Assembly (NCBI RefSeq): GCF_009914755.1
Contig: NC_060931.1
Reading direction: 5' to 3' (one strand)
Source of the DNA: the human T2T-CHM13v2.0 reference genome, Homo sapiens
DNA length: 64,000 nucleotides
Positions 15,404 through 28,300 of this stretch are shown in pieces. A model generated the notes under the pieces. That model was not told the DNA's origin. It saw only the letters and a list, made by a program, of their open reading frames with translations, and searched no databases. Positions within the stretch are counted from its first letter, which is position 1; every line of letters begins with the position of its first letter. The translations under genes were made by a program, and so were the position numbers.

Positions 15404-15440
15404 CTAGGTTGGCGCAAAAGTAATTGCGGCTTTTGCCATT
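15404..15440 (+). mobile_element. Solo Hsmar1/MADE1 terminal inverted repeat (one arm)
   Basis: TAGGTTGGCGCAAAAGTAATTGCGGCTTTTGCCATT closely matches the MADE1 arm. Confidence 0.88.
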
Positions 15441-17419
15441 CCTTTTGTTACCTTTACTAAGAGCTTTTTCTATTAATAAGAAATAATTAAACATCACATT
15501 TTAAAAACGGGAAAAATGAATAAAAAGTCAATTTAAAAGTTAAGAACAAAATCAAAATAAAGTTTAACCCTTACTAGTCATTAACAAGCCATACATTAAA
15601 AAAAAAAAAATCTACAGAGACAACAGAAAAACACCGATCGGATCGCTTTTCTCATTGCTGAAAGACTTGTTCTCTGCTTGCTTTGGCATCGAAACTTCTC
15701 CCCATACACATACAGTTTCAGCAGGGTTATGGCAATTTTGTCTTCTTCATTTTGTCTTCATTTTCAATTTTGTCTTCTTTATTTTGATTGTACAGTGGGC
15801 CCCCAGACTTGCCTTTGTGTATTTACTGATCATATTTACCTCTTTTCTTGTCCATAGTTTCTATTTTAACTATACAATCGAAAGGTTATCTTTTAATTTG
15901 ATCTTTTGAAGCTGAAACAATAGTTCTCTTTTCAAATACCAATTTCTTATGTTTTCTCAGTTTCTGATTGTGTTTGTCTTTGACAGAACAACCTGGCTGT
16001 CAACAGCTTGTATGAAATAGGAAATTTTTTTTTCTATAATGAAATCTGCATGCATTTTAAATCTGCACAACATTCTTCTTACTAATATCTCTATTAAAGT
16101 GATTATTTGTTTCCCATTTCCACTGTTCTTCAATCCTTTCTACTTTTCGATCCTTAAAGCCACCTCTTGGTTTTATTTTTTATTTATTTTCTCCCCAAAT
16201 CAGTCCCCAAAGAAATACATATCTCTTATATTGTAGAGATAAATATTGATCTTTTTATTTTTATTAATTTTTTGTGTGTATGTTGTATAAGCAAATGTGT
16301 ATCATTCTTTGGGATTATAACTTTCTCAAATACCCTCAGTCTCTCAACTGTGAGTAAAAAACATAAAAAAGAGTCGAAAAAATCCTTGACCTTCATGGCA
16401 AGCTTTTGAACTCTCGCGATTTTGTGCTTTTCATCATTCATAATCACATTTCCTTCCTCCTCCAAGAGTTGTTCAAAATCAAGAAAAATAAACACATGTA
16501 CCTATTTAGATATCAATATGAAATATACAATAATAAATGCATAAGGCATATGATTAAAAACACAATACATATGAAGTTCGAGATCCCTCCTTTCATGGTA
16601 AAAAGCTTCTTTTAAAAATCACTGCTAATATTTCTTGCCAGTAAAAAGATAATTTTAGTCAAAAATTTAAAACCTTTAAAAGAAAATAAATGAGACTATC
16701 TTGAGATACAAAATATGTTTTTAGCAGGACACCAAAAGAACAAATAATGAAGGCTGATAAATCAAAATATATTTATGAGGAAATCTGCCAAAAAATAAAC
16801 AACATAAAAATAAAGTCAAAAGACACAATGCAGGATGACTGTGACAGACTACCAGTCCTCCTGAGAAACAAAGGACACGGGATAAATTAGAAAAAGACAT
16901 TGCTTTGGAGAGCTACCTAGGGAACTGGGATTTGAGGAATTCAGAGCCCACAGATAATAGCAACACACTAAGGTAAGGCTTATGCCTGGGAACTGGGATT
17001 TGAGGAGGTCATGTGTCCGGAATTGGTGGGTTCTTGGTCTCACTGACTTCAAGAATGAAGTCGCGGACCCTCGCGGTGTGTTACAGTCCTTAAAGGCGGC
17101 ATGTCCGGAGTTTGTTCCTTCTGATGTTTGGATGTGTTTGGAGTTTCTTCCTTCTGGTGGGTTCGTGGTCTCGCTGGCTCAGGAGTGAAGCTGTAGACCT
17201 TGGCGGTGAGTGTTACAGCTCTTGAGGCGGCGCGTCTGGAGTTGTTCCTTCCTCCCGGTGGGTTCATGGTCTCTCTGGCTTCAGGAGTGAAGCTGCAGAC
17301 CTTTGCTGTGAGTGTTACAGCTCATAAAGGCAGTGTGGACCCAAAAAGAGAACAGCAGCAAGATTTATTGCAAAGAGCGAAAGAACAAAGCTTCCACACT
17401 GTGGAAGGGGACCCCAGCG

Positions 17420-17760
17420 GGTTGCCACTGCTGGTTCGGGCAGCCTGCTTTTATTCTCTTATCTTGCCCCACCCGCATCCTGCTGATTGGTCCACTTTAC
17501 AGAGAGCCCAGTGGTCTGTTTTGACAGGGCGCTGACTGGTGTGTTTACAATCCCTGAGCTAGACACAAAGGTTCTCACATCCCCATTAGATTAGCTAGAT
17601 ACAGAGTGTCAACACAAAGCTTTTCCAAGTCCCCACCAGAGTAGCTATATACAGTGTCGATTGGTGCATTCACAAACCCTGAGCTAGACACAGGGTGCTG
17701 ATTGGTGTGTTTACAAACCTTGAGCTAGATACAGTGCCAATTGGTGTATTTACAATCCCT
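17420..17760 (-). promoter_or_regulatory. LTR12 promoter: CCAAT (NF-Y) repeats and TATA-like box
   Basis: ATTGG at 17486, 17660, 17701, 17740 (one mutated at 17535); minus-strand GAATAAAAG at 17448-17456; activity not shown by sequence. Confidence 0.65.
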
Positions 17761-17819
17761 TAGCTAGACATAAACGTTCTCCAAGTCCCCACCAGACTCA
17801 GGAGCCCAGCTGGCTTCAC

Positions 17820-18390
17820 TCAGTGGATCCGGCACCGGCCCGCAGGTGGAGCTGCCTGCCAGTCCCGTGCCATGCGCCCACACTCCTCAGCCCTTGGGTG
17901 GTCGATGGGACTGGGCGCCTTGGAGCAGGGGGCGGCGTTCGTCGGGGAGGCTCCTGCGCACAGGAGCCCACGGAGTTGCGGGGAGGCTCAGGCATGGCGG
18001 GCTGCAGGTCCCGAGCCCTGCCCTGCGGGGAGGCAGCTAAGGCCGGGCGAGAAATTGAGCACAGCAGCTGCTGGCCCAGGTGCTAAGCCCCTCACTGCCG
18101 GGGCCGGCGGGGCGGGTTGGCCGCTCCGAGTGCGGGGCCTGTCGAGCCCACGCCCACCCGGAACTCACGCTGGCCCGCGAGCGCCGCGCGCAGCCCCGGT
18201 TCCCGCCCGCGGCTCTCTCTCCACACATCCCCGCAAGCTGAGGGAGCCAGCTCCGGCCTTGGCCAGCCCAGAAAAGGGCTCCCACAGTGCAGGGGCGGGC
18301 TGAAGGGCTCCTCAAGTGCCGCCAAAGTGGGAGCCCAGGCAGAGGAGGCGCCGAGAGCGAGCGAGGGCTGTGAGAACTGCCAGCACGCTG
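17820..18390. other. CpG-island-like GC-rich U3 segment of LTR12C
   Basis: Dense CpG and high GC against an AT-rich background. Confidence 0.8.
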
Positions 18391-18546
18391 TCACCTCTCA
18401 GTCAGAGCCCACAGATAATAGCAACACACTAAGGTAAGTCTTATGTCTGCCCCTCTTTCTCCTAATTGCGTTTTCTAGCAATATGTGATAGGAAGCTGTT
18501 GGCAGGGAGAACTTGAGCAGAGCCTTAAGCAGCGTTCTAGGACCGC

Positions 18547-18549
<3 letters not shown>

Positions 18550-18584
<35 letters not shown>
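18550..18584. repeat. (CA)17 microsatellite
   Basis: Directly visible. Confidence 0.97.
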
Positions 18585-18586
<2 letters not shown>

Positions 18587-18699
18587 TGGAGTGCAGGCAC
18601 ACTCAGGTGGAACTGCCCCAGTAGACATTGCAGGTTTTTAGTTGGGATGCCTGAAAGACTATATCCAGGAATAAGAATGAACTGAAAATACATAAGGAC

Positions 18700-20680
18700 T
18701 AATAAAAACTGAAACTTAGCCTTGAATAAACTTAATCCATGGTGATTGATTACAATACTGTCAGAAGCAAAACAAAATACTCTCTAAAGGAAGAAGCATA
18801 CTCTAAACCCTCTAAAATTTTTCATACACAATGTATGGAATTAAATAAAAAATTGGAACATGAAAGAAAGAAAAAATTGGAATAAAAAAATTTTTAAATG
18901 ACGGTAGAAACAAACTCAGAGGTGATAGCTATGAAGATTATCATTCACCAACTTTAAAAGAAATACGATTTATATATTAGGAAGAACATATCAATATAAA
19001 AGATTTTACTATAGATTTGGAATCTATAAAATTATATAATTAATATAATTAATTACAAATTCTAGAAATGAGAAAAATAACTGATTTAAAGCATGCAAAT
19101 GGGTTCAAGAATAGACTAGATACACCTAAAAAGATGATGCATGATCTGAAAAATAGATTAGTAGAAGATATTCAGGATAAATCACAGAGAAATAATCAAC
19201 ATGAGAAATACAGAATGAATTAGAATTATACAAATAGACACAGAGAGGGAAGATTGAAAGAACAGAATACAGGCGATTTTTTGAAGACATATAATAAAGA
19301 TTTTTCCATAATGAATGAAAGACATCAAACTACAGATTTCAAAGTAGTTAAGCTCAAGAAGACTAAATACAAGGATTATCAAACCTGGGCATATCATAAG
19401 AAAAATACTAAAAGTAAAAATAAAGAGAAAAATCATAACCAGCCAGAAGAAAAAAGGCACATATTCTTCAAAGGACCCACTAAAACATTTACAATGTTTT
19501 CTTCAACAGAAATGTAAGAAACCAGAGATTAATGAAACAGAATGTGTAAAGTTCTATAACCAGCTAATATGGAAATAGTAAGTCCCCTGACCAAAACAAA
19601 AAATGAGAAAACTCATCTCTAAAAGATAAACTGTATAAAAAATACTAAAATAGTTCTATGGGAAGAAGAAATTTGATCTTACATACAAGAATAGGAAGTT
19701 TCAGAGGATTGAAGAACAATGGAAATGAGAAATGTATCATCATTCTAATAGTAAGAGGAACGTTGTGTGTGTTTGAAATGCATGCAGATTTCGTTGTAGG
19801 TATCAGTAGAAAGAAATCCTGGATTTCACAATAAATGACAAAGACTTCTATCGAGAATGTATAAAAATTCATTTAAATGTCAATATAAATACCAAAGATT
19901 ACAAAATGATAATTCATTAAAAAATATAAGATAAAAAAAGAAAACACATCTATGTATTTTATGACAATATGACATGTATATGATAGCCATAGGATGCTGT
20001 CATACATATGTCATGTTGTCATAAAATATATGGATAAGAACTTGAAGTAAAGGAAAATCTCATGCTCTGATGGTGGGAGTGGAAATGGATACTACAATTT
20101 TTAAATAATGATTTGATGATTTTTTAAATGTTTACATATGAGAAAAAACATACTATAATGTATACTGCAACACTTTGAAATATCAAAAATACATATACAA
20201 AACAATGTCTCTCTACATGAGAATGAACAAATAAAATATGATATATTTATATAATGAAATATTGTAAAGTAGATAAAATGAGAGAGAACTATAAATAAAA
20301 CAATGGATACATCTTCAAAATATATTTTTAAGCCCAAAAATTATTGCCAGGGGGTATTTAGAGCATAACATAATTTACATAAAAATTGAAAACATACACA
20401 TTACTCATATATTATAAATACATAAATATATATGTAAAGATTTAAGAGTGTGTCAGACCAGTTTTAATTCTGGAGGGAACAGAGGAAATTGCAATAAGAT
20501 GAAAATACACCTTCAGGAACTTAACTGTAATTATAATGTTCTATGTCTTAAAAAATCTTAAGGAAATATAATTTTCCTGAAATGTAAGGCAGCTAATGAG
20601 TATAGGAGGCATTCTTTTATTTTGTATTCTTATTTTTTATATTTTTATAGTAATTTTATAATAAAATGCTTTTTTAAAAA
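18700..20680 (+). mobile_element. Ancient L1M remnants (ORF1/inter-ORF region, then L1ME-like 3' end)
   Basis: A-rich strand with ORF1-like motifs (AATAGACTAGATACACC, AACCAGCCAGAAGAAAAAAGGCACAT) and 3' motif GGTGGGAGTGGAAATGG. Confidence 0.6.
19948..20035. repeat. Inverted repeat, 40-bp arms, 8-nt loop
   Basis: Arms 19948-19987 and 19996-20035, 34/40 Watson-Crick. Confidence 0.92.
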
Positions 20681-21120
20681 GTCTGTTATGATATGAGTAG
20701 AACCTGAAAGCAGAAAGCTAGAGGGTAAGATAATGGTCCAGGTACAAGGTGGTTATGTCTTGGACTTAACCATATGGCTTGGACAGTAGTCACCAAGTGA
20801 CAAGTGGTAGGATTAAGGATAGTTTTTTTAAATTATGGCTAACAGAATTTTCCGGGGATAAGAACTGAGAAATCATAAACAACTCCTATGTTTTTGGCTT
20901 CAGCAGTATATTTTATGCAGTAACGTTGAACAAGAAATAGATTCGAGAAGGAATTAAACTGGGAGTTTAAAAGGAGTAATGTCTTTAATATTAAAATTTA
21001 TGGCATCTGTCAGGTGTTCAACAATATATCAAGTAGGCAACTGAATGTATAAGTTAGAGTCAAGAGTGAGATCAGGTCTGGGAATATAAATTGGGGAGTT
21101 AGCATGAAAATGATACTTAA

Positions 21121-21411
21121 GGCCAGGCGTGGTGGCTCACATCTCTAATCCCAGCACTTTGGGAGGCCTACCTGGGTGGATCACGAGGTTAAGAGTTGAA
21201 GACCAGCCTGGCCAAGATGGTGAAACCCTGTCTCTACTAAAAATACAAAAATTAGCCGTGCATGGTGGCAGGTGCGTGTAATCCCAGCTACTCGGGAGGG
21301 TGAGGCAGAGAATTGCTTGAACCTGGGAGGCGGAGGGCAGTGAGCCGAGATCACACCACTGCACTCTAGCCTGGGCGACAGAGCCAGACTCCATCCCAAA
21401 AAAGAAAAAAA
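21121..21411 (+). mobile_element. AluS (Sg-like)
   Basis: Full dimer; TSD AAAATGATACTTAA 21107-21120/21412-21425. Confidence 0.95.
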
Positions 21412-21593
21412 AAAATGATACTTAAAGCAATGATACTACTTATGGACAGAGCGAAGACGGAGTAAAGAGGGGAGTGTTAAAGACTGTTTCTTGGAACCCT
21501 ACGTAATTAATAGTGCCTGAAAAAAGGTCTGAAAAAAGAGAAGGCAACTAAATACGTAAGAAAGAATAACCACTCCATCAAGAAACATGCTCA

Positions 21594-21917
<324 letters not shown>

Positions 21918-22315
21918 TTAAAAAGGCTTTCATAAACAGATAATGTAAATGCTAAAGATAACTGTTTAAAGTGAGGGCCATGGATTGAATTAAAGAATTA
22001 AGTAAGATGGATGAGAATTCTGTTTAAGTTTGGGGCTGTTTATAGTAGCTGTATATTCTAATGGAAATTACCCAATAAGAATATACTGACGATGGAGAAT
22101 GGGAATGGGACATAATCTTGAGCAAAAGGCATGTACGTAGGGGGCATGAGTGAATCAAGTGCACAGGGCAGTAGTTGTCCTTGGCATAGCCATGCACTGC
22201 AACAGAAAGGGAGGAAGACTGTGTGGGAACATATGCAGATAGTTGTTAAATTTGCAAGTGGAAAGATGATTCAGTTCTCATCTGATGTCTTCTATTTTCT
22301 TGGTGAAATAAGAAG

Positions 22316-22618
22316 TGTTATGTACTAAATTGTGTACCCCACCCAAAACTTATGTGTTGAAGCCCTAACCTCCAATGTGACTATATTTGGAGACAGAGTA
22401 TATAAGGATGTAATCAAGGTTAAATGAAATTATAAGAGTGGGGCCTTGATCTAATAGAATTTCTATCATTATAAGAAGAGACATCAGAAAGCTCTCCATC
22501 CCTCAGATCTCACCCACACACAAAAATTATGTGAGCACCAGGCAAAACGACAGCTGCCTCCAGCGCGAGAGAAGAGGCTTCCAAATGAAAGCTACCTTTG
22601 GCCAAGCAAAATAATACA
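22316..22618 (+). mobile_element. MLT1A-like solo LTR (internally deleted)
   Basis: TG...CA termini; 5-bp TSD AGAAG at 22311-22315 and 22619-22623. Confidence 0.88.
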
Positions 22619-23689
22619 AGAAGCAATATTATCATCTGAAAGTAGAAAAGGAAAGGGATGATGAAAGTTTGAAAGAGAACTGAGATAGTGATCTCAGAGA
22701 GTGGGATAGTGAATTAGGGAAAGAAATTTACCTCTGGGCCATACTGAGGACTCCATAAATATGGATGGAGTGACTGAACTAGAGGAAACGAAAGAAAATA
22801 ATTCAGAGAAGCATTTGAGAGTAGAATGAGTGTGGAGTTTGAGGGCACATTGGAAGTGGCAGGGTGATACAGATTTGATGTTCAGAGGTATGTGGGACTA
22901 AATGAGTGGTGACTGGTGACTTGTAAATCCTAGAATTCTGCTCAATGTGGAGGAAATGAGCCTGCAAGTTATATGAGGATAAGTACTAATGGTCACTTAA
23001 TGGGAGATGGGCAATATTTTGAAATGTAATTGTTCAACTTCTCTTATATATTTATATCCCTTTCAGTATTAAATGCTGGTAGGGGGATCTCTCCCCTCTT
23101 CATTAAGTAATTAAGTAATATTACCCTTTTTTGCTTGAATGATGGGAAATGCAAACTAATTTGCATGTCCCAATGAAATAGTTTCTCACAGGCTAATTCC
23201 TAATTATTGGTTTTGAGTATAATAATTTTTAATCAGCCTCATTCCTTGTTCTTATTCTTTTGGGCCTTATTTCAATGGACTACTTGCACCGATGCTATTT
23301 ATTATAAGCTTCCTCTGTTACTTTTTGATGCAGTCAGAGAAAAAATGTTAGTCATTTATTTTAGCTCTTACATTATTTAGAGCTCACCTTTCTTACTTTA
23401 ATAGCTTTACATCTTCTCTTGCCTTATTTGAAAAATGTCAATTACAGAAATATCTACTTATCTAACTCTGGCTCAGGTTTACCTCCCCAAGTTCAACTCT
23501 TCCGAGTTGAGCCCCATCTATTAAAATCAGAACTCATTTCCTCTTTTTTAGGTCCTTCAATGAATCAAGCCTTCCTTAGACATTTCTACATGCTCTTTTA
23601 TTTTTAACATTCTCTTCACTCTTTCCTCTTGAATTTAACTGTCAAAGGTTTCCCTTTAGAGGTCAATTATTTCTTGACCTCTTCTCTGT

Positions 23690-23910
23690 GTTCTTATTTT
23701 CTTATCAAATCAGATTGAGGGCTTGCTGTGCTTCTGCAAATCCTCCCCTATCACAGCCCTTATGATGCTATATTTTAATTATTTGTTTACATAATTTACT
23801 CCTTACTATATCATCACCTCCATGAAAGTAAACAATTTGTACCTTTTGCTTATCAGTATATCCTCCAGACTATAAACGCTTAATTCACATTTCTTGAATA
23901 AATGTATGTA
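23690..23910 (+). mobile_element. L2 3' end
   Basis: Degenerate L2 tail ending TTCTTGAATAAATG. Confidence 0.5.
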
Positions 23911-24936
23911 TGCTTCTTCTGACCGAATACATTAGAAATATTTTAATTAACAATCTTAAAATGTCTACTTTTTATATTATAACTTGTATATGAGTCCTGG
24001 TTAGTAGCCATACATTCCATCCAAAATAGCAGTGATGGTTATGAAATTATTCATTGAAAACTTTATTTCCTGTGTTATACAGATAATTTCCTAACTTTCT
24101 GCTACATTTTAATTGCCTGAATTTGAAGGCCAGCAATATAAGGGAAATTTTATTGGTCAGATTACTATGCTAGATTTATTCAATTTTGTTTTACTTAACT
24201 GTGGTATAAAGAGTTTCAATTAGCACACTGGCAGTGATAAAATCCTTTGTCAATACATTATAGCAATATTCTAAGCATGAATAAACTTTATTAGGGACAC
24301 AAATCATTAGTAATGAAGTGGTCCTTTGACAGATTTAAAAAAAAAAACCTTAACACAGCAGAATGAGCTTACATGCATTTTGCTTATCAAGTGGAGACTG
24401 GGAATGAGTTGCACTGTCAAGCAGGCTGCAGACTATCAAAGTCAGTAGTTGCCCCAAACTTTTCTGAATATAAAAGCTTGAGTTATCTGATTCTTCTTCC
24501 CTAGTTTATAAAAAATTCAATCAATTTTTTTCAGAAGTAATAAATTAAAATTATAGAAGGTTAAATTATGCATTTTTAGTTGATTATCTTATTAGATGTT
24601 AAGGCTAAAACTCAGTGGATGAAGTGATTTTCCCGAGGTCTTATACCTTATAAATGACACAAATGCACCTAGTATCCAAATGTTCTGACTCATAGTGATT
24701 TATATCTAGATCGAAGTCCCTGTTTGGATTATTGGTTCCCGAATGTATGTGTCACGCTACCACGTAGAAATTTACAAATTTGTCTTCCTCCTTCTCGTCT
24801 AATTTATATTTTCCTAAAGAAATACCTATACTCAGACCCCTGTTTCTAATATATATAGGATATTAAACTCAATTGAAAACATGTAGGCATAGATACCAGA
24901 TTATAGGTTATGCTTCATTATAACAGAATTGACCCT

Positions 24937-25313
24937 TGGATTAGTACATTCTCATGCTGCTAATAAAGACATACCTGATACTGGGTAATTTATAAAGAAA
25001 AGAGGTTTAATTGACTCACAGTTCAGCATGGCTGGGGAGGCATCAGGAAACTTACAATCGTGGAGAAAGGGGAAGCAAACACATCCTTCTTCAGATGGCG
25101 GCAGCAAGGAGAAGTGCAGAGCAAAGTGGGGCAAAAGCCCCTTAGAAAACCATCAGTTCTCGTGAGAACACACTCACTATCATGAGAACAGTATGCAGAT
25201 GACCACTCCTGTGATTCAATTACCTCCCACAAGATTCCTCCCATGACACATGGGGATTATGGGAACTACAATTCAAACTGAGATTTGGGTAGGGACAGAG
25301 CCAAACCATACCA
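24937..25313 (-). mobile_element. THE1C-like solo LTR (ERVL-MaLR)
   Basis: CATGCTGCTAATAAAGACATACC..GACTCACAGTTCAGCATGGCTGGGGAGG..GCCAAACCATA. Confidence 0.92.
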
Positions 25314-26224
25314 TTAAATCTTCATAATATGGGGACTATTCTCCTGCAGGGATAAGAATTATTGTGTATTAATCTCATTTAGAATATAAAATATTTGTAA
25401 CTATTTATTTCAGAGTTAATAGAAACCTCAAATTATGTATTTTTAAGGAGACAATGTTGTTTATTTTATTAAACATACATAGAGGAATTGAAACAAATGG
25501 ATAGAAAAGTACATAGTGGGTCCTGACACAGCAGCTATCATGACCAGAAAATTAACTGAGTACTATTTTTTTTTAAAACAGGCTATTGTACTTGAAAATA
25601 CTCTATTCAATAAGTTGGACATTTCACCTACAAACTTATTTAAAAGTTAATTTGCTGAGCAATTCCTATCATTTAAAAATAGTTTAAAGGTAAGTTTTAA
25701 CAGAGCCCATTTGCAAATCTTTATGAAATCTTATTTTCATGAGATTTTACTGTCATAAGAAAGAATTTAAAGTCCTTATTTTTTATTGTTGTATTTACAT
25801 AGCTTAATCTTGTATTCATTTTCCACTTACCTAAAAGCAACTTTATGTTACAGTTTTTCTACTCTTGTAAACAGCACATTCATTTCAGAGATTTTCTCTC
25901 TAAAATCCAGAATGTTAAATATAAATGATGATCTACTCATTTCTGACTTTACTAGCTATTCTCATTAACAATAAGTTGTTTAAAGGAATGAGAGATATAA
26001 CCACAAGGAGATATAAAATTCTTGTGTGGATGGCTAGTTTGATTTTGCTATACCAGTACCTTAGTCCTCCTAAGTATTTTACATTAAATTCCATTTAAAT
26101 GAATTTTCTTTTGAGATCTGAGAATGACTTTTTAAACTAAGAGAATTATAGATATTTTTCCTTGAGTCATACAAATGAGAATACAGCATTGTGATTTGAA
26201 TGTAATCTGTGCATTAACATTGCA

Positions 26225-26410
26225 AAGGTTCAAATCACAGTTCAGCTGTTAGTTGTGAGATTTCCGCCTATTTACTGCATCACCTTTACATTTCTCCAGG
26301 TGTGAACAATGATGCTATTAGAATCTCTAAGGATTAAATGAGATAGTCAAATAAAGCAGTTAGGACAGTGACTGACACACAGTATGCACTGAACACCTAA
26401 CTATTAAAGT
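26225..26410 (+). mobile_element. MIR
   Basis: GGTTCAAATC B-box-like motif and AGGATTAAATGAGATA core. Confidence 0.65.
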
Positions 26411-27369
26411 TTATCAACTCTTATGATTTGAAAATTAATGACTGAGACAATATTGTCCTTTAAAAATTAATTATGGTACAAAAATGAAACAAATGAAAAA
26501 AAGCCTCAAAATGTAAGTAAGGTGGCTTTGAATAAAGATGACAGATATTTGTAATGTATTTCACCCCTTGAGCATCATTGAATACAACAAAATAAACATA
26601 TAATGAAAAGAATCAAACTCCATAGTCAAAGCAGAAGAAAGTAAATTATCAAAATCTAAAGCACCAGTCAAGAAGAATATATATCCAATAGTGAAAGTGG
26701 AATAAAACAAGAAGTCGAACTCAGAGCTTGGAGCTCCTCAAAATCAGAAAAGATATGGACTGAAAAAAAAAAAAAAGAGCTCTCATCATTGAAATGTCCC
26801 TATTATGGCAAGACACTCCCTAATTGGGAAATGCCCCCTGCGTCCTCCCCACTGTACCCAGAAAAGAGCAACAGATCACCACTGCACCCTGCAAAGCAGC
26901 TAGTGAGGTTTTCGAAAACATGCTCACCAGCTCTCTTTGGTTACTATCGTAAGGTTTACAAACTGCAGATATGGAAGAATGAAAAAGGGAGAGAAAAATG
27001 AGCACATCATGGAGATCCTGAAATTAAAAGGGGTTGATGGAAGGTATATGATAACTTCATGCTGAGGGAGTATACAAGACTGATAGTTGAATGGAAGAGT
27101 AGAACATTCCTCTTTCCCATGTCTCCTTCTCCACACAATTCTGCAACAATATTTGAAGAAACAGCTAGCTCACACTCAACAGTATTACTAGAAAGGAAGG
27201 TGTTTGGTGACAAGGTATACATAGGAATAGAGGAAGAGGAAAATACAGGAAGCAGAATGCAAATGCATACCTGATGCAAAATGGGAAAGCACTCTAAAAA
27301 GAGAGATATTCTCGAGAGTCACAAGTAAACATACAATTAATGTTTCCAATGATAAGGAAGCTTTGCAGC

Positions 27370-28300
27370 TTGGAATTTATCCTTTTTTCACCTGCATTCT
27401 TAAATGATAGCTTAGCTATGTATGAAAGTATACAATGAAAATATTTAAATTTCACACTTGGATGGTAATAATTTATTTTACATCTGATCTCTAAGTATTA
27501 CTGATGAAAAGTCTGCTGAAAGTCTTGCTATCGGTAACTCTTTTATACCATAAAGTAAAATTTATATATTTTAAGATTTTCCTTTGTCTTTCCTGTTCTC
27601 TGGTTTCAACACCTAGTTTCTCAGTGAATATAATTAATATCTTCCAAGTAAATGCTCCTAGTTTCTTTTGGTCTCTTTTTCAGTTTGTTTTTGAAAACTG
27701 TGTTGCCTCATTTATTTATCCATTTTCCTTTTCTAAAAATAGTATTAAATAAATCTTGAAATTTTCCTAATCTTCTGTATCTCTTGCCTTCTCTTTGATA
27801 TTTTCTGCCTCTCTTTTGAGCTATTTCTTTAGATTATCTTCCAATTCACTTATTTTATTTATAACAATATTAATCTGGCTACTTACCATATCTGTTCCAC
27901 ACGCCATGGCTATACTACTTGTTTATAGATGGTACATTACTGCATTTTTCTCATACTTCTTTTTGTTTGTCTTATAACTTCAATATCTCCTTATTAGCTC
28001 TGAAAGTTTCAGTTCCATATACTTATTTTTAAATCTCTTAAGATTATTTTATTCTGTAGTACTTGGGGCTTAAATACTCCCAAACGTTGCATCTGTTGGT
28101 TCTTTCTCCTTGTGTATTTTGCAATTTCCTACGTGAATTTATTCTCTGGCATATCATGTTCTATGAAATTAGGTGACCTCGGTTTTGGAGTCTTCTCTAA
28201 AGATCAATTTTGCCTTGTCTAAATGTGACCTTACAGTTTTTCACCTATTATCGAATAGTTTTTATTGTAAATAGCTCAGGCTTCTGTATAAACAGCATAC
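27370..28300 (-). mobile_element. Ancient L1M ORF1-region remnant
   Basis: T-rich strand; TTAAATGATAGCTTAGCT, TGATGAAAAGTCTGCTG, TCTTCCAATTCACTTATT motifs. Confidence 0.55.

Larger units (their letters stand above)
17012..18400 (-). mobile_element. Solo LTR12C (HERV9 LTR)
   Basis: Minus strand starts TGAGAGGTGACAGCGTGCTGGCAG and ends ..AATTCCGGACACA; 4-bp TSD GTCA at 17008-17011 and 18401-18404; internal U3 and U5 tandem repeats. Confidence 0.95.
16920..18448. repeat. 68-bp tandem duplication, second copy split by LTR12C
   Basis: Copy 1 at 16920-16987; copy 2 at 16988-17011 plus 18405-18448; 4 mismatches. Confidence 0.92.

Noticed and set aside
16226-16495. 89-aa protein-like minus-strand ORF (possible foreign or viral insert)
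   Set aside because: No motif recognised, non-ATG start, and several ORFs of this size are expected by chance in 64 kb; tBLASTn would settle it
16982-18437. Cluster of 64-143-aa ORFs and CRISPR-like periodic repeats
   Set aside because: GC-rich LTR12 sequence and its known U3/U5 tandem repeats; no unique spacers or cas genes
16941-18449. Apparent ~48-bp target-site duplication around LTR12C
   Set aside because: The true TSD is the 4-bp GTCA; the longer match comes from a split 68-bp tandem duplication
26789-27279. Several overlapping 60-90-aa ORFs
   Set aside because: No homology recognised, no exon structure; probably decayed repeat or neutral DNA
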